The translations under genes were made by a program, and so were the position numbers. Below are positions 28,585 to 39,529 of a DNA stretch of 64,000 bases, in pieces. This DNA comes from Macrostomum lignano (Eukaryota), in contig NIVC01002728.1 of assembly GCA_002269645.1 (NCBI GenBank), positions 1 to 64,000 of the forward strand. The letters run 5' to 3'. The notes beneath the pieces are model-generated. The model was given only the letters and a program-made list of their open reading frames with translations. It was not told the origin of the DNA and did not search any database. How positions within the stretch are numbered: position 1 is the stretch's first letter; every line of letters begins with the position of its first letter.

Positions 28585-29577
28585 AAGTACTTCAGCTTCT
28601 CTAATTCCAAGTCAAAATATTTCAAAAGAATTCCAAACAATTATTCATTGCAATCCTAGAAATAAAATTATGATTTTTCACACCTGATCTCTTTCAAAAG
28701 CTCAGCGCAATCTAACAAATTTTGATTGGCATTTGAAAGTGCGGGACAAGAGTCCAATTGGAACACTTTTCCTGCTGAATTCCAGTATTTTAAGTGTGGT
28801 GGTGGTAGTTTATAATCGCATGTGTGCCTCATCTACGAAGATGCGCGGAGCTCTGGAACCGTTCATTTTATATGCGTCATGGTTTTATGGACCATGCGGT
28901 TTATGAATAGCGAGCGGATTTAGAAGTGGAAGGTTCAGGAAAATGCGCCCATCAAAGAACAAGAGAAAATTGGAATTTCGTGCGGAGCGGTCGTTCTTCA
29001 GACAATAATTAATCAGCAAGAGGCTGCAGGGCTTCATCTGCTAAAAGCAATGAGTCCACTTGGAGTTGGACACGAACTTTCAGACAAATCTTTTGCTTGC
29101 TCTGTGCCTGTCTATTCGTGTCTGTTTGAATAATAGCAGTTGAATTTCTACCTGAATTCAATTTTTAGCATTCTCAGACTACACTAAATTGAAATGACGA
29201 GACTCTGGGAATTATTATCTGCAATTCCTATTTATGCTACTTTGAGTAGAACAGGTTGACTGTCGGTTTTAGAAATTCAGATTTTAGTCATCGGTATTTT
29301 AGTCAAATAGCTGACGTATTTTCAAATTACGAGCATCCCAAATTAGCTCGTAAATTGTGATTATTAGAACAATTTCTTTCATTATTTTTTAGTATTTTAT
29401 AATAAAAAAACAAGTTGAAGATGCTAATAAATTATTATCTGAAAATTCATAAATATTTTGTTTTAATACACTTAATTGATAAATCAGTGAGGCGGCAATT
29501 CAAAAAATTAGGGAGTTGCGATTTCTTACGTTCAGACTTTTCTGCTCCCCAAAACAAATTTGTGACGAGCTGTGAAG

Positions 29578-29686
29578 ATGAGTCAAGCATTGTTGGTCGT
29601 TATGTTGCTGTCTTCAAGTGTAGCATTTTCTTGTACATCTGCCGCGATTTTGGAGCTGACTGAATCCAATTTTAAGCGCACCTTGG
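29578..29686 (+). CDS. ERP44: ERp44 exon 1 (signal peptide and start of thioredoxin a domain)
   Basis: MSQALLVVMLLSSSVAFSCTSAAILELTESNFKRTL G|gtgaga: hydrophobic leader plus a thioredoxin-start motif. Missed by the ORF track. Confidence 0.85.
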
Positions 29687-29807
29687 GTGAGACAAAAAAT
29701 TAATCTGCCAATATCTTCAGCTAATACTTTGAGAAGTTTGATGCTGTATGTTCCATTTTGGGTGTAATCCGTGATTCGTGATTCCAATTTCTCAATATTC
29801 TAGCCTA

Positions 29808-30412
29808 TTGGGATTTGAATCCTCAACATCTTTGATACCATTGGGATTTGAATCCTCAATATATTTGATCCCATTGGGATTAGAATCCTCAATATATTTG
29901 ATCCCATTGGGATTTGAATCCTCAATATATTTGATCCCATTGGGATTAGAATCCTCAACATATTTGATCCCATTGGGATTTGAGTCCTCAATATATTTGA
30001 TCCCATTGGGATTAGAATCCTCAACATATTTGATCCCATTGGGATTAGAATCCTCAATATATTTGATCCCATTGGGATTAGAATCCTCAACATATTTGAT
30101 CCCATTGGGATTTGAGTCCTCAATATATTTGATCCCATTGGGATTAGAATCCTCAACATATTTGATCCCATTGGGATTTGAGTCCTCAATATATTTGATC
30201 CCATTGGGATTTGAATCCTCAATATATTTGATCCCATTGGGATTAGAATCCTCAATATATTTGATCCCATTGGGATTAGAATCCTCAATATATTTGATCC
30301 CATTGGGATTAGAATCCTCAACATATTTGATCCCATTGGGATTAGAATCCTCAACATATTTGATCCCATTGGGATTAGAATCCTCAACATATTTGATCCC
30401 ATTGGGATTAAA
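29808..30412. repeat. 33-bp minisatellite with internal palindrome atcccattgggat (ERp44 intron 1)
   Basis: Direct reading; ~18 near-identical units. Confidence 0.97.
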
Positions 30413-30462
30413 GTCCTTAACTCTGAACGCCCTAGCAACCGAACAAAAATCCCCTTTAAAAG

Positions 30463-30673
30463 CCACCCCCAGGCTGTCATTCGTGAGTTTCCACGTGGAC
30501 TGGTGCCCGCACAGTCAATCGCTGAAGCCGATAATTGATCGGGCAGCTGAGGAGTTGGAGACCGAGTACCCGGATCCCAACCAACTCACCTTCGCCAGGG
30601 TGGACGGTGACGCAGAGCCAGAGCTGGCAAAGCGGCACGGGGTGATGAAGTATCCGACTATGAAGATTTTCCG
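30463..30673 (+). CDS. ERP44: ERp44 exon 2 (thioredoxin a domain, CPHS site)
   Basis: ATPRLSFVSFHVDWCPHSQSLKP...FARVDGD...KYPTMKIFR aligns to the ERp44 a domain. Donor gtgcgt at 30674. Acceptor aag at 30460-30462 chosen for phase and a gap-free alignment; alternative cag ends at 30472. Confidence 0.92.
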
Positions 30674-30704
30674 GTGCGTTGTATTGAGAATCTACATTAC
30701 GGAG

Positions 30705-30970
30705 CCCAGATCCCGGATCCCAAATCCTCCCAGATCCTGATTCCTGAATCCTAGATCTACATATCCTACAATCAGAATCCCAGGTCTAGCAGATCTCCCA
30801 ATCCAGATCTTAGGTCTACAGATCCCACAATCCAGATCCCAGGTTTACAGATCCCACAATCCAGATCCCAGGTCTACAGATCCCTAAATAAAGATCCCCA
30901 AGTCTACAGATCCCACAATAAAGATCCTCAAGTCAACAGATCCCACAATAAAGATCCCCAGATCCCAGCC
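30705..30970. repeat. Degenerate ~29-bp agatccc-rich minisatellite (ERp44 intron 2)
   Basis: Direct reading. Confidence 0.8.
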
Positions 30971-31028
30971 TCCAAGTTCCAGCTACTCGTCAAAACTCTC
31001 GCTAAATACGATTTCACCCAAACCGCAG

Positions 31029-31283
31029 CTACGGTGCATCAGTGCGCCTCGAATACCGCGGCCAACGCTCAGTGGACGCAATCAAAGAATTTGTCCGAGC
31101 TCAGCTGTCCGATTCTCTGACTCGGCTGGCAGCTCCTGTCTCGGACAGTCAGGTTCCTGTGGAACCTCGGCAGAAAGCCATGATTGGCCGTTTCCGCAGC
31201 AACGATTCCGCCGGTCTGGACACCTTCCTGCGAGTGGCCGAACTGCTCCGTGATGAGGAATGCGTCTTCTTGGCCATTGTTGG
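31029..31283 (+). CDS. ERP44: ERp44 exon 3
   Basis: cag|C TAC...; contains EYRGQRSV (ERp44 REYRGQRSV) and ECVFL; donor gtgcgc at 31284 (phase 2). Confidence 0.93.
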
Positions 31284-31429
31284 GTGCGCGACAGCTATTG
31301 GCCGGACTTTATTGAGTTGTAGTGATTTTTAAAGAAACAAATTATTATAATTATATACATTACTGACAGTAGAAATGTCAGGGCTAGGAAACATCACTGC
31401 AATAGCAATATGTTCGGGGAGAGAAAAGA

Positions 31430-31945
31430 GAAGAGAGATTTAGTCGAGAAAGGAGAGATATAGAAGAGAGAAGAGAGATCTAGGGGAGAGAGGAGATAGA
31501 TCTAGGGGAAAGAGGAGAGAGATTTAGGAGAGAGAGAGGAGATCTAGGGGAGAGAGGAGAGAGATTTAGGAGAGAGAGAGGAGATCTAGGGGAGAGAGGA
31601 GCGACCTAGAAGAGAGAGGAGAGAGATCTAGAAGAGAGAAGAGAGATCTAGGGGAGAGAGGAGAGAGATCTAGGGGAAAGAGGAGAGAGATTTAGGAGAG
31701 AGAGGAGAGAGATCTAGAAGAGAGAGGAGAGAGATCTAGGAGAGAGAGGAGAGAGATCTAGGAGAGAGAGGAGAGAGATCTAGGAGAGAGAGGAGAGAGA
31801 TCTAGGAGAAAGAGGAGAGAGATCTAGAAGAGAGAGGAGAGAGATCTAGGAGAGAGAGGAGAGAGATCTAGGAGAAAGAGGAGAGAGATCTAGGAGAGAG
31901 AGGAGAGAGATCTAGGAGAAAGAGGAGAGAGATCAGGGAGAGGAG
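31430..31945. repeat. 22-bp purine-rich AGATCT minisatellite (gatctaggagagagaggagaga), ERp44 intron 3
   Basis: Direct reading; same family as 40620-41945 and 43700-44600. Confidence 0.92.
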
Positions 31946-32345
31946 AGCAAGCGATAAAAAGACACAGCAGCCGTAGAAACCTCAGCCCTTCTATTCCCCA
32001 TTGCATTCTGTTTGTAGCTGCTTGTCATTTTTCGAGTCCAAGCCTTGAAACAGATTTGAGTCGTAAATCGAAGAGGCCGGATGTAAGGCAGTTTTTATTA
32101 GCCTGAGTATCGATCAGTTTGATTCAAACATGACTCAGGAAGTTGGTCGGGGCCTGCGTTAACTGTTTATATAAAATAGCGCATTATATTTTCTTACTGT
32201 TTAAAAAAGCCAATCGTAAACACTAAGAATTTTCCAGAACTCTTTTCATTGGGTAGGTTCTAGTCGGTGTTTTAAATTCCATACTGCTTACTCATTTGAA
32301 GTAGTATAGACAATAGACAAACCAGACTTTCTGTTTCAATTACAG

Positions 32346-32385
32346 AGAAAAAGATGAACCAGAAAGTGTTGTCTATCAGAGAGGG
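32346..32385 (+). CDS. ERP44: ERp44 exon 4 (40 nt, EKDEPESVVYQRG)
   Basis: tacag| and |gtgagt; phase 2 to phase 0 exactly bridges exons 3 and 5. Confidence 0.8.
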
Positions 32386-32504
32386 GTGAGTGAATCACTT
32401 TTAAATTGAAGCAAATTGTTTGTATCGTTTGATCCTTTTTTGGTAATCAACCCCCATTATATGGCGTTGCAATAAATCAACCTCAATCAAGCAGTTTTTT
32501 TATA

Positions 32505-33042
32505 AGCCTCCTATTCTGGGTTCGCAATGAAACCCACCCCATTAATCAGCCTCCTATTCTGGGTTCGCAATGAAACCCACCCCATTAATCAGCCCCTATT
32601 CTGGGGTCGCAATAAAACCCACCCCATTAATCAGCCCCTATTCTGGGGTCGCAATGAAACCCACCCCATTAATCAGCCCCTATTCTGGGGTCGCAATGAA
32701 ACCCACCCCATTAATCAGCCCCTATTATGGGGTTGCAGTAAAACCCACCCCATTAATCAGCCCCTATTATGGGGTTGCAGTAAAACCCACCCCATTAATC
32801 AGCCCCTATTCTGGGGTCGCAATAAAACCCACCCATTAATCAGCCCCTATTTTGGGGTCGCAATGAAACCCACCCCATTAATCAGCCCCTATTATGGGGT
32901 TGCAGTAAAACCCACCCCATTAATCAGCCCGTATTCTGGGGTCACAATGAAACCCACCCCATTAATCAGCCCCTATTATGGGGTTGCAGTAAAACCCACC
33001 CCATTAATCAGCCCCTATTCTGAAGTCGCAATAAAACCACCC
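32505..33042. repeat. 42-bp minisatellite (gaaacccaccccattaatcagcccctattctggggtcgcaat), ERp44 intron 4
   Basis: Direct reading; ~13 units. Confidence 0.96.
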
Positions 33043-33055
33043 TAAAAACCTGCAG

Positions 33056-33281
33056 ACAGACATGGCTACGCAGATCAGTCTAGACTACATAGAAGAAATC
33101 GCTTTGAAACGTTTGGCCTTTCAAAAATGCATGCCCATTGTTCGAGAATTAACCTTCGAAAATGCTGAAGCGATCACTGAGGAAGGCCTGCCATTGTTTG
33201 TGCTGTTCTATCGAGACGACGGCTCGACTGTTGTTGACAAATATAAATCTGCGGTTGAAAATGAACTGAAAAAATATACAG
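33056..33281 (+). CDS. ERP44: ERp44 exon 5
   Basis: KCMPIVRELTFENAEAITEEGLPLFVLFY matches ERp44 KCVPLVREITFENGEELTEEGLPFLILF; donor gtatgt at 33282 (phase 1). Confidence 0.95.
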
Positions 33282-33889
33282 GTATGTTGATAAATTAAGT
33301 CCAAGTTTGAGAACTAATTAAACAAGATTTATTTAGAACATTGTAGTCAGAGTAGGGATTTTTTACGCCGAAGCCAGATCACGGGTGAAGTTATTGTCCT
33401 TGATAACGAATACTCAGAAACCTCGGCTCTGGCTTATTTAAAGTTCGAAGCTCACTTTTCGACACAAAAATTTTAAGTATATAGGACTAGCAATCAGCGC
33501 CCCCTGTTTAAGAGCCAACAATGAATGGAATACGAATTTTTGTATAAACTGCATGTACGCTCGTAGCTTCTTGACAGTCTTGACAGCTCAGCTATACCCC
33601 CCATGAGCTTTGACATCTCAACAATCCCCCTTGAGCCTTGACATCTCAGCAATCCCCTAACCCTAACCCTAAATCCGTGACATCTCAGCAATTCTTTCAC
33701 CGTAAGCCTTGACATTTCATGTAATTCTCCCAGAGAATTACTGAGAAGCATAGTGTTCGACATTGTGCTTCTCAGGGGCATCGCCATTGCTTTTATGGTG
33801 GGGGGGGGCAAAGCCAACAATTATGCATGTACATAACTAATTTCCTACATTTACATTATTTTCAGAATCGGTGTTGTAAGCACACAATT

Positions 33890-34368
33890 TAGCGCCACGG
33901 GCACTCATTTTGGCGCCGCAGGCACCATATGAGCGCCACAGGCATTCATTTTAGCGCCTCAGGCACTCATTTTAGCGCCTCAGGCACCCATTTTAGCGCC
34001 GAAGGCACTCATTTTAGCGCCGAAGGCACTCATTTTAGCGCCACAGGCACTCATTTTAGCGCCACAGGCACTCATTTTAGCGCCTCAGGCACTCATTTTA
34101 GCGCCGAAGGCACTCATTTTAGCGCCGCAGGCACTCATTTTAGCGCCTCAGGCACTCATTTTAGCGCCGCAGGCACTCATTTTAGCGCCGCAGGCACTCA
34201 TTTTAGCTCCGCAGGCACTCATTTTAGCGCCGAAGGCACTCATTTTAGCGCCGCAGGCACTCATTTTAGCTCCGCAGGCACTCATTTTAGCGCCGCAGGC
34301 ATTCATTTTAGCGCCTCAGGCACTCATTTTAGCGCCGCAGGCACTCATTTTAGCTCCGCAGGCACTAT
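33890..34368. repeat. 21-bp minisatellite (ggcactcattttagcgccgca), ERp44 intron 5
   Basis: Direct reading; explains the GTHFSAA ORF. Confidence 0.96.
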
Positions 34369-34782
34369 GTTTTCTCGCCCGGCAGCAAATTTATTGATTT
34401 CCATAACGGGTCGCAAGGTGGGGTGGGGGAACAAAGCGTTGGCATGTCCCCCCAGATCTTTAACTTTAAAGATCGCCCCCAGTCACCTCGTTGGCGACGC
34501 CCCTGACGCTTCTTTATGTTTTACAATAAAGAATGTAATCCAATTTTTTTAATAAACAACATGTAGCTTCTGACCTCAGCCTTTATATCTTAGCAATCCC
34601 CCCCGTAAGCCTTGCCATCTCAGAAGCAATTCCCCCATAATTTAGATACAAATGTAGAGGCTGGGTCAACAACTCTTTGACTGTAAAATTTATCCTAACC
34701 CTAACCCTAACAGGTTTGCCCTGAACAGGCTAAAACGAATTAACTATAAGTGTACAAATCCATGTACTCCCCCCCTACCCAG

Positions 34783-35117
34783 ACAAGATCAACTTTTTGT
34801 ACGGTCCTGGCGCCCTGTTCGTTCGAGCAATTCGTCAAATGGGAAAATCGTTGGACGACCTGCCACTGATTGCCATCGACAGCTTCCAGCACATCTATGC
34901 GTTTCCGCACGATGTTAGAGACACGCTTGACGGATTCAATAGCCGTTTGGTGACGTTCATCGAGGACCTGCTGAGCGGCGAGTTGCACCGGCGGTATCAC
35001 GAGGCCAAGGAGGGCAGCAGGGCGTCGGCGAGCATGGCCACGGAGCCACCGGTCAGCGTGTTTCGACGATTGGCGCCGAGTGAATCGCGGTACTCCTTTG
35101 TCCGTGAGGAACTGTAG
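34783..35117 (+). CDS. ERP44: ERp44 exon 6 (b' domain, C-tail, REEL retrieval signal)
   Basis: KINFL...PLIAIDSFQHIY...SGELHRRYH...FRRLAPSESRYSFVREEL*. The six exons total 1176 nt, an open frame of 391 aa plus stop. Confidence 0.96.
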
Positions 35118-35227
35118 CTTGTTAGTCGCTGTGGGACTGGAATTTGTTGTTACCTGGCTGAAACTGGTTGCCTTGGGCTTATTCTTTGTTAGAGGCCTAG
35201 TTTTTGATGGAGTTGTCAAGTTCAGAA

Positions 35228-35640
35228 AGGTTGCTAGGGTGTTATGAGGTTTGCTGGGGTGTCATGATGTTTGCTAGAGTGTCATAAGGTCTGCTAGGGT
35301 GTCATGAGGTCTGCTAGGGTGTCATAAAATGTGCTGGGGTGTCATGATGTTTGCTAGGGTGTCATGAGGTTTGCTAGAGTGTCATGAGGTCTGCTAGGGT
35401 TTCATAAAGTGTGCTAGGGTGTCATGAGGTTTGCTAGAGTGTCATGAGGTCTGCTAGGGTGTCATGATGTTTGCTAGGGTGTCATGATGTTTGCTAGGGT
35501 GTCATGATGTTTGCTAGGGTGTCATGATATTTGCTAGGGTGTCATGAGGTCTGCTGGGGTGTCATGGAGTCTGCTAGGCTGTCACGAGGCTTGCTAGGGT
35601 GTCATGGGGCTTGCTAGGGTGTCATGAGGTGTGATAGAGT
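35228..35640. repeat. 20-bp minisatellite (agggtgtcatgaggtttgct), in or near the ERp44 3' UTR
   Basis: Direct reading; the first AATAAA I found after the stop is at 35753-35758. Confidence 0.92.
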
Positions 35641-35882
35641 TTCATGTGACCTGGTTGGGAGTAATATGCATGATTACTATCGGTATGAAATCTAGTTTAG
35701 GGATTATTCTCATTCGGTTTCACATTTTCTGAATCATAACCAACTGCTGACAAATAAAATTTCAACAATGCAGCACAGTGCTCCACTTCACAACACTACT
35801 GTTATCAGTAGTTATGATGTCTGCTCTGTGTCAAATAAAAATGCTAAAAAGATTTTAAGAGGCCGAACTTATGGCCGGAATT

Positions 35883-36405
35883 GGAGGGAGAGAGGGAGAG
35901 TGGGAGAGAGGGGGAGAGGGAGAGAGGGATATAGGGATAGTGGGAGAGAGGGGGGAGAGGGAGAGAGGGGGAGAGGGGAGAGGGAGAGAGGGAGAGTGGG
36001 AGAGCGGGAGAGAGAGAGGGAGAGAGGTTGAGAGGGAGAGTGGGAGAGAGGGAGAGAGGAGAGAGGGAGAGTGGGAGAGAGAGAGGGAGAGAGGGGGAGA
36101 GAGGTTGAGGGGGAGAGTGGAAGAGAGAGAGAGAGAGGGAGAGTGGGATAGAGGGAGAGAGGGAGAGCGGGAGAGAGAGGGAAAGAGAGAGGAAGAGAGG
36201 TTGAGAGGGAGAGTGGGAGAGTGGGAGAGAGGGAGAGAGGGAGAGAAGGAGAGTGGAAGAGAGGGACAGAAGGAGAGTGGGAGACTGGGAGACTGAGAGA
36301 GTGAGACAGAAGGAGAGAGAGAGGGAGACCGGGAGACTGGGAGACTGGGAGACTGGGAGAGTAGAGAGTGGGAGAGAAGAACATAAGGAGAGAGGGAGAG
36401 AGGTA
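35883..36405. repeat. GA-rich low-complexity tract
   Basis: Direct reading. Confidence 0.9.
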
Positions 36406-37184
36406 GAGATTGAGTTTTCGCTAAGTCGGGTCGGGCAATAATGCCTGGAAATCTGTCATCGCAATCAGTATTCAAGTAAACAGTTACAAAAATGCATACT
36501 TTTATTTGTATTTTTTTACTAAAGAGACCCGGTCATATTTGCAACTCGCAAACGAACTATAGGACCAGGGTAAGAGGATGGAGATTGTGAAAAGGGAGGC
36601 TGAACAGCAGCATCAATAAATGACTGCTCTCTCGAAACGAAGTCAACGAAAAGCCTCGGGAGTCGTCGATGGCACAGAATTGGACGGACGGGCCCGGCCG
36701 AACACTTCAGGCCGACAGGCTGTAAAAGTCGCGGATATTTGATCTAACAGGCGATCAATAAAAAACGAGGAAGCACCCAGAGCTGATTCCGCTTGGTAAC
36801 AAACGAATAATTAATCGAGGGGGGAAATCGAATACAGATGGGAATAAATGAGGTGTTAGCAAGTCGAGTCGCAATTAAAATCCTCTGCGAAGCAGCAACC
36901 AGTAAGTTTGCAGCCTCAGAAGTTGATACAGAAAACATTGGATCGGAGAATGGGGGGATTTCGGGGGAAGCCAGGGGCAGGGCTGTAAAATCCGTGTTTT
37001 ATTTATCAGCAGAGCAACCCCGTAACCATTTAGAAGTCATAAACTCGCATTATTTTTTTCTGATGACGAATTTGTCAATATCTGCTTTTTTCTTTCACCC
37101 AAGATTCATGGAGTTCTGGATTTTCAAGGCCTGAATTGACAACTCCATCTATGCTGGGAAAGGCTTTGCACGTTTTTTAGCTTT

Positions 37185-38400
37185 TCTCACCTTCTCTCTC
37201 CCTCTCTCCCTCTCCCTCTCTCCCTCTCCCCCTCTCCCTCTCCCCTCTCCCTCTCCCTCTCCCCTCTCCTCTCCCTCTCCCTCTCCCTCTCTCCCTCTCC
37301 CTCTCTCCCTCTCCCTCTCTCCCTCTCCCCCTCTCCCCCTCCCCCTCCCTCTCCCTCTCCCTCTCTCCCTCTCCCTCTCCCTCTCCCTCTCCCTCTCTCC
37401 CTCTCCCTCTCCCTCTCACTCTCCTCTCCCTTTTTCCCTCTCCCTCTCCCTCTCACTCTCCCTCTCCTTTTTCCCTCTCCCTCTTTCCCTCCCCCTCTCC
37501 CTCTCCCCCTCTCCCTCTCCCTCTCTCCCTCTCCCCCTCTCCCTCTCCCCCTCTCCCTCTCCCTCTCCCTCTCTCCCTCTCCCTCTCACTCTCCCTCTCC
37601 CTTTTTCCCTCTCCCTCTTTCCTCTCCCTCTCCCTCTCTCCTCTCTCCCTCTCCCTCTCCCTCTCACTCTCCCTCTCCCTTTTTCCCTCTCCCTCTTTCC
37701 CTCTCCCTCTCCCTCTCTCCCTCTCCCCCTCTCCCTCTCCCCCTCTCCCTCTCCCCCTCTCCCTCTCCCTCTCCCTCTCTCCCTCTCCCCCTCTCCCTCT
37801 CCCCCTCTCCCTCTCCCTCTCTCCCTCTCCCTCTCTCCCTCTCCCTCTCTCCCTCTCCCCCTCTCCCTCTCCCTCTCTCCCTCTCCCTCTCCCTCTCTCC
37901 CTCTCCCTCTCTCCCTCTCCCTCTCTCCCTCTCCCTCTCTCCCTCTCCCTCTCCCTCTCTCCCTCTCCCCCTCTCCCTCTCCCTCTCTCCCTCTCCCTCT
38001 CCCTCTCTCCCTCTCCCCCTCTCCCTCTCCCTCTCTCACTCTCCCTCTCCCTCTCTCCCTCTCCCTCTCTCCCTCTCCCTCTGTCCCTCTCCCTCTCCCT
38101 CTCTCCCTCTCCCCCTCTCCCTCTCCCTCTCTCCCTCTCCCTCTCCCTCTCTCCCTCTCTCCCTCTCCCTCTCCCTCTCACTCTCCCTCTCCCTTTTTCC
38201 CTCTCCCTCTTTCCCTCTCCCTCTCCCTCTCCTTCTCCCCCTGTCTCCCTCTCTTCTTATCTCCCTCTCTTCCCCTTCCTCTTCTATTTCCTATTTATCT
38301 CTTCTCTCTCTCCATCTTTCTTCTCTCCATCTCTTCTCTCTCTCCATTTTTTCTATTTCCATTTTTTCTCTCTCCCTCTCTTCCTATCCCTCGCTCACTC
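37185..38400. repeat. CT-rich (CTCTCC-based) low-complexity tract
   Basis: Direct reading; explains the RGRGRE ORFs. Confidence 0.92.
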
Positions 38401-38869
38401 TCTCGCACTTCTCTTTGCTGTCTTTATCATCTAATATTCTCTCATCATGCATATGGAAGCTTTCGCTCTCGCGTCCAGATTCTAAATTAAAAAATCCACG
38501 CAACTTAAAAAACCCTTATACGAGCGTAGGGTTCAGATTAGTCACCAGCTGGGATTTCCGCGCCCCAAACACGGTAAATCAAAACCGCCGCAGCGCTTAT
38601 GGCGTGAAACTGAGGCCGATGCCAGGCCGGTGAACAATTATATGGGGGTGGACGGTTCACGGATGTTCGAGCGATCGCAAAAATTAAAAGCACTGCTATA
38701 GCAGCAATTAATTTTGCGCTGGGGCTGCTATCAGAGCGCGTGCTGCGGTGCCTTTTGGATTGTTTCTTGAATCTTGCCAAGTTGCCTGCAATCAAAACAG
38801 AGCTGCTTCTCTGGACTGCTGCCGGGTGTGCCGCTTCTGTGACTGCAGTTGCTAACTGTCTTCGCCTCT

Positions 38870-39390
38870 AAATTCTCTCCTTTCATCTCTCTCCTCTCTT
38901 CTCTCCTCTCTCCTCTCCTCTCTCCTCTCTTCTCTCCTCTCTCCTCTCATCTCTCCTCTCTCCTCTCATCTCTTCTCTCTCCTCTCATCTCTTCTCTCTC
39001 CTCTCATCTCTTCTCTCATCTCTCCTCTCTCCTCTCATCTCTTCTCTCTCCTCTCATCTCTTCTCTCTCCTCTCATCTCTTCTCTCTCCTCTCATCTCTC
39101 TTCTCTCCTCTCATCTCTCCTCTCTCCTCTCATCTCTTCTCTCTCCTCTCATCTCCTCTCTCATCTCTTCTCTCTCCCCTTTCTTCTCTCCTCTCTCCTC
39201 TCTCCTCTGTTTTCTTTTCTCTCTCTCTTTTATCCTCTCTCCTCTTACCTCTCCTCCCCAATATCTACTCTCTCCGCTCTCCTCTCCTCTACCCTCTCTA
39301 CTATCTACTCATTCCTCTCAACTTTCTTTACTTTTTCGTCTAGCTACTCTCACCTGTCTACTCTCAACACTTTCCTGTCTTTTCTCTCCT
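38870..39390. repeat. CT-rich low-complexity tract
   Basis: Direct reading. Confidence 0.88.
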
Positions 39391-39529
39391 CTGATCCGTC
39401 ATTCCTTCAATTTAACTGAAAAAGCCTCTAAAAGCGATTTAAACAAACTTTAATATTGGAATCTGTGTTTAGGATCTCACCACCGTCTGGTTAGCTGCAG
39501 CTCCCAGTTGTGTTACGCAACAATCCCAG

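Noticed and set aside
29808-30412. CRISPR-like appearance of palindromic 33-bp repeats (also 25162-28584 and 58190-58800)
   Set aside because: There are no unique spacers and no cas genes, and the context is a spliced eukaryotic genome.
29778-30740. 320-aa ORF as a repeat-thioredoxin fusion protein
   Set aside because: It is intron 1 repeat reading into ERp44 exon 2; a proper signal-peptide exon exists at 29578-29686.
37050-37075. CTGATGA as a hammerhead ribozyme core (also 44815 and 58032)
   Set aside because: No correctly placed GAAA or stems were found by eye.
38538-38795. 85-aa ORF with a hydrophobic stretch and a PPPY motif
   Set aside because: No ATG start, no convincing splice partners and no family resemblance.
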